A stretch of 55,006 bases of DNA, filler included, from Sluysia triapertura (lineage: Eukaryota): the NCBI GenBank assembly GCA_046118255.1. It is 4 parts of 4 records of this genome, joined end to end, with 100 filler letters (N's around TTAATTAATTAA, not from the genome) between each part and the next. Parts side by side here need not be neighbours in the genome. Positions count along the whole stretch, not along the records: positions 40,155 to 55,006 come from JBJNIA010247094.1; 3 more parts are not named here. One strand, written 5' to 3'. Numbering within the stretch: position 1 is the stretch's first letter; each line of letters opens with the position of its first letter. Of this stretch, positions 51,531 through 55,006 are shown piece after piece. The notes under the pieces were generated by a model. It was not told the origin of the DNA. It saw nothing but the letters and a program-made list of their open reading frames with translations, and searched no databases. A program made the position numbers and the translations under genes.

Positions 51531-52858
51531 CTGATCAATAACCTAGGTTAATTATTTCGGAATTTTTTAGACATCAAAATTAACAAAACTTCAAAAAATG
51601 GAGCGGAAAAATATTATTCAAACAAAAATGACTTTTAGCTTAATTGCATATAAAAATAAAAATAATNNNNNNNNNNNNNNNNNNNNNNNNNNNNNNNNNN
51701 NNNNNNNNNNNNNNNNNNNNNNNNNNNNNNNNNNNNNNNNNNNNNNNNNNNNNNNNNNNNNNNNNNNNNNNNNNNNNNNNNNNNNNNNNNNNNNNTGAAA
51801 CATTGACTAAATAATTGTATTACTAGATTAACTCATATTTTTGTAAACTCGCAGAGGATTTAAATTTGCTGCAACTCATTAAAAATAAAAAGCAGATCAC
51901 AAATTATTCATTTATCATTTTGTCTCTGATTTTCTGAATCCCACTAATATTTAATGATGATAGTTGATTTTGTGAAATAGATTGAACATGTGAAATGGAA
52001 GACACTATTATCTGCTTACAACGAATGTTATCTATAGCTACAGAATCATTACTTATTTAATTTACTGTGCGTACATAAATGATTCAATAAATCCGTGTTT
52101 CTTTGTAAACACATACAANNNNNNNNNNNNNNNNNNNNNNNNNNNNNNNNNNNNNNNNNNNNNNNNNNNNNNNNNNNNNNNNNNNNNNNNNNNNNNNNNN
52201 NNNNNNNNNNNNNNNNNNNNNNNNNNNNNNNNNNNNNNNNNNNNNNNNNNNNNNNNNNNNNNNNNNNNNNNNNNNNNNNNNNNNNNNNNNNNNNNNNNNN
52301 NNNNNNNNNNNNNNNNNNNNNNNNNNNNNNNNNNNNNNNNNNNNNNNNNCTCCACAAATAAAACTTGTTTATTGGATATTTTGTCCCTGTTTTGTCTAAC
52401 TGAAATGCTACTATAATAGTAAACAGAACAATTACATCATTCGAGATAATGAACCATCAACAAAGGCACAAGCCATAGTCAATAGGATCACAACAATATT
52501 TCACAGTTAATATAGAATGATGGTGTTATAAAAGATGCAATTTTTTGTGATCAACAAATTCATAGACCAATCAATTTCATCCAATAAAAATTAATCAGCT
52601 ATGACCAACCACAGAAGAAGATTCATTTACTTAAAACATAGATCCAATTAACGTTTTGACAATTAACAATTTGGCATGCTTCTCATTAATTTCATTATCA
52701 AATGTCAACGAAATATTCGTATATTACTCAGAAACGTATTCTGTTTGCTAAAGCTTATTAGAGTATTTAATGTAAAAATATAGTTATTTACATTTATCCA
52801 ATACAACAATCTGACAAGAAAATGTTCAACATTTTTTGAAACTATATATTTATTGTTC

Positions 52859-53113
52859 TTAATTATTATTAGAAAATTTTCTACTGCTACTACCACCAGC
52901 CCCACCAGCACCAGTACCAGCATTTGCATTGTACGCTCCTAGTCCGCTAAGAGCACCACCGTTCAGTTGATTAGTCTCGATATCGCGCTCAATTCCCACA
53001 TACTTCAGGACTTCCAGTGGACCGTATCGATAGTCGAAAAATAATTCCTCGCCGGCATTGATGTCGCGCTGAGCAAAAATACCGATACGATAATCTCCAT
53101 TCACCATGAGAAC
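52859..53113 (-). CDS. EZH2: E(z)/EZH H3K27 methyltransferase, last exon
   Basis: Acceptor TTTCCAG|; [44 protein letters not shown] followed by a Gly/Ala-rich tail and stop. Confidence 0.95.
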   Translation of the reverse strand, partial: VLMVNGDYRIGIFAQRDINAGEELFFDYRYGPLEVLKYVGIERDIETNQLNGGALSGLGAYNANAGTGAGGAGGSSSRKFSNNN

Positions 53114-53600
53114 CTGGAAAAATAACGATTACTTAATATAATAATACAAGAGGACTTTAACTATTGCCAATGAATTTCGAAGAAACATTTGAATTTCATT
53201 GGCTTACATACATGTTGATATAATGTGACTATTTATACTGATGACGACTGCATCAATGATTGTGATGATAATGATGATGAGGATAATAACAGATATTGAT
53301 GATGAAAAATATGAGAAGCATAGTACTCAAGTTAATGATTACTATATTTTTATAAAAATTTATTTTTACTTACTAAGTATTAATATTAATAATAGTAGCA
53401 TTATTAATAATAATGATAATAATGAAATAAAAAAATAATNNNNNNNNNNNNNNNNNNNNNNNNNNNNNNNNNNNNNNNNNNNNNNNNNNNNNNNNNNNNN
53501 NNNNNNNNNNNNNNNNNNNNNNNNNNNNNNNNNNNNNNNNNNNNNNNNNNNNNNNNNNNNNNNNNNNNNNNNNNNNNNNNNNNNNNNNNNNNNAATATAC

Positions 53601-53826
53601 TCGAGCAAAACAATTCGGATTAACCGAATGATTAGCAAATCGAATTTTGTTTCCTTTTCTTGTAGCATCCACAGCAAAGTTTTGATTCAAGTTAAATAAA
53701 TAGCTGCATTTAATTCGATCGTATATTTTACCGCGCCGCTCCGCCTCATCTTGACTGATGATTTCCCCGCAGTATTCATAAATGAATTCATTTTTGTTAA
53801 TGGCACTTTTTGCGAATATTCCCCAA
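53601..53826 (-). CDS. EZH2: E(z)/EZH SET domain, penultimate exon
   Basis: TTTAG|[76 protein letters not shown]|GT; splices in phase 0 to 53113. Confidence 0.95.
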
Positions 53827-54149
53827 CTAAATTAAAATATAATTAATTAAATAAATCTTTATTAATCACATATTTATTTATTTAATTCATCGGATTTTTT
53901 CGAGAAAATTCCATCATTGCTATTTGTCTCACATTAACAAACAAATGTCAACCATCTTCACAACATCAAAAGAAACTTAAATGAGTTAATTTTAAATATT
54001 TTATTCGAAAAAAATTCGTTTTCCAGTATAGAAAAGAAGATTTTAGAAAGTTGAATCAATAACCAAACAAAAGAATTCATTTTTAATTCATAATTAACAA
54101 TTTCAAATCAGAATTTTATCACGATTATATTTAGAATTCTTTCAGTTTT

Positions 54150-54415
54150 TCAACTCTTCACAAGAGTCACAAACACAGTTCATCACAAATCAATTATTCA
54201 TACATAAATAAATTGCTAAACAAGTTACTCGATACATTCAAAACATAAACGCAGTCATAATTTATAGTTATCATAATTTCACAATTATTATTATCATGAT
54301 TATGGCTATCATAACTATTGTCGTTATTATTGTTATAATGTCTGTTTTGCTGTTCCTCTTCTGCTTTTATCTATGTTTATCTCTATTCTTGTTTTATTTC
54401 TCCTTCAGTATAGTT
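54150..54415 (+). repeat. Leader module ending in polypyrimidine-CAG
   Basis: TCACAAACACAGTTCATCAC...CTAAACAAGTTACT...CATTCAAAAC resembles the reverse complement of 48580-48690; ends TCTCCTTCAG|TATAGTT (AG 54407-54408). Confidence 0.6.
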
Positions 54416-54710
54416 GTACTTCACGAAATCAGTATATTTTTGAAGACCAGTATAAAGATCGAATAATTTTTCGTGCTCAAAGAGAAAGGAAGAAATAGTT
54501 CCTCTTGATAGATGCTTTAAAGGTTGTAAAAATTTCGCAAAAGCAAACAATTAAAAGAAAAATTGGCTAAACTTAGAAAATAATATTCAAATTATTATTA
54601 ACATAAATTAAAATTAATAATTCATCTTTAAAAAAGTCGACATAATTTTGTTTTAATAAATTTGAAGTTCTAATAACGTGATAACACAAGAATATTGTTA
54701 AAATTGAGCA

Positions 54711-54915
54711 ATGAAAATGGCATTTTACTTCTTTTGTTTACTATTTTTGATGATTTCAAATACTCGCGTATGGTCTGATTCTAATGCGGAATATGCGGAA
54801 ATTAAAACAGATGTACATGTTCCTGATGATTTAATAGTCGAGAAGTCTCTCAAACAGGGTGCTTTTAAAACAACCCACATTGAAACACAATATACACCAA
54901 AATCTAACTTTTTAC
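54711..54915 (+). CDS. Probable first exon of a secreted protein
   Basis: MKMAFYFFCLLFLMISNTRVWS (signal-peptide-like) DSNAEYAEIKTDVHVPDDL...PKSNFL, then GTAAGT at 54916. Missed by the ORF track because the frame runs off the window. Confidence 0.5.
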
Positions 54916-55006
54916 GTAAGTTTATGTTTTATACTTTCGTTTTGTTTTTCCTGTTATTTAATAAAAGAATTTTCCTAATTGGGTTAATTTATTTGTTATT
55001 CATTCG

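Noticed and set aside
51598-53690. ORFs containing X runs
   Set aside because: Artefacts of N gaps, except for the EZH exon portion.

Overview
Very AT-rich animal nuclear DNA with GT-AG introns (some only 31-39 nt) and many AAT microsatellites. Three artificial 100-bp linkers (N44-TTAATTAATTAA-N44) show the window is four concatenated scaffolds (1-16817, 16918-28035, 28136-40054, 40155-55006), so adjacency across linkers is not biological. Recognisable content: the last two SET-domain exons of an E(z)/EZH gene; a decayed Ty3/gypsy pol; a decayed RLE-type (NeSL/Utopia-like) non-LTR element; DNA-transposon remnants (pogo HTH, a Tc1/mariner-type MITE, a hAT-like end, a 1.6-kb long-inverted-repeat element); a tRNA-derived SINE-like remnant; an intact small RING ORF; an intact 486-aa orphan ORF; and a few host exons. 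The main observation is a dispersed family of modular cassettes seen on all four scaffolds. Its parts are a TGTRGTGRCCAACC motif, a strand-skewed C/A-rich tract, a cluster of long hairpins or a conserved splice acceptor, a different cargo in each copy, and either a terminal intron or a shared 3' module with a covarying mini-hairpin. Cargos include intronless decayed copies of host genes (CCA-adding enzyme TRNT1, CLASP, a gamma-tubulin-complex/GCP4-like domain), the RING ORF, the orphan ORF and possibly the gypsy pol itself. This looks like a gene-capturing mobile system. All protein identities come from manual translation and remembered motifs and need HMM/BLAST confirmation; repeat boundaries are approximate.
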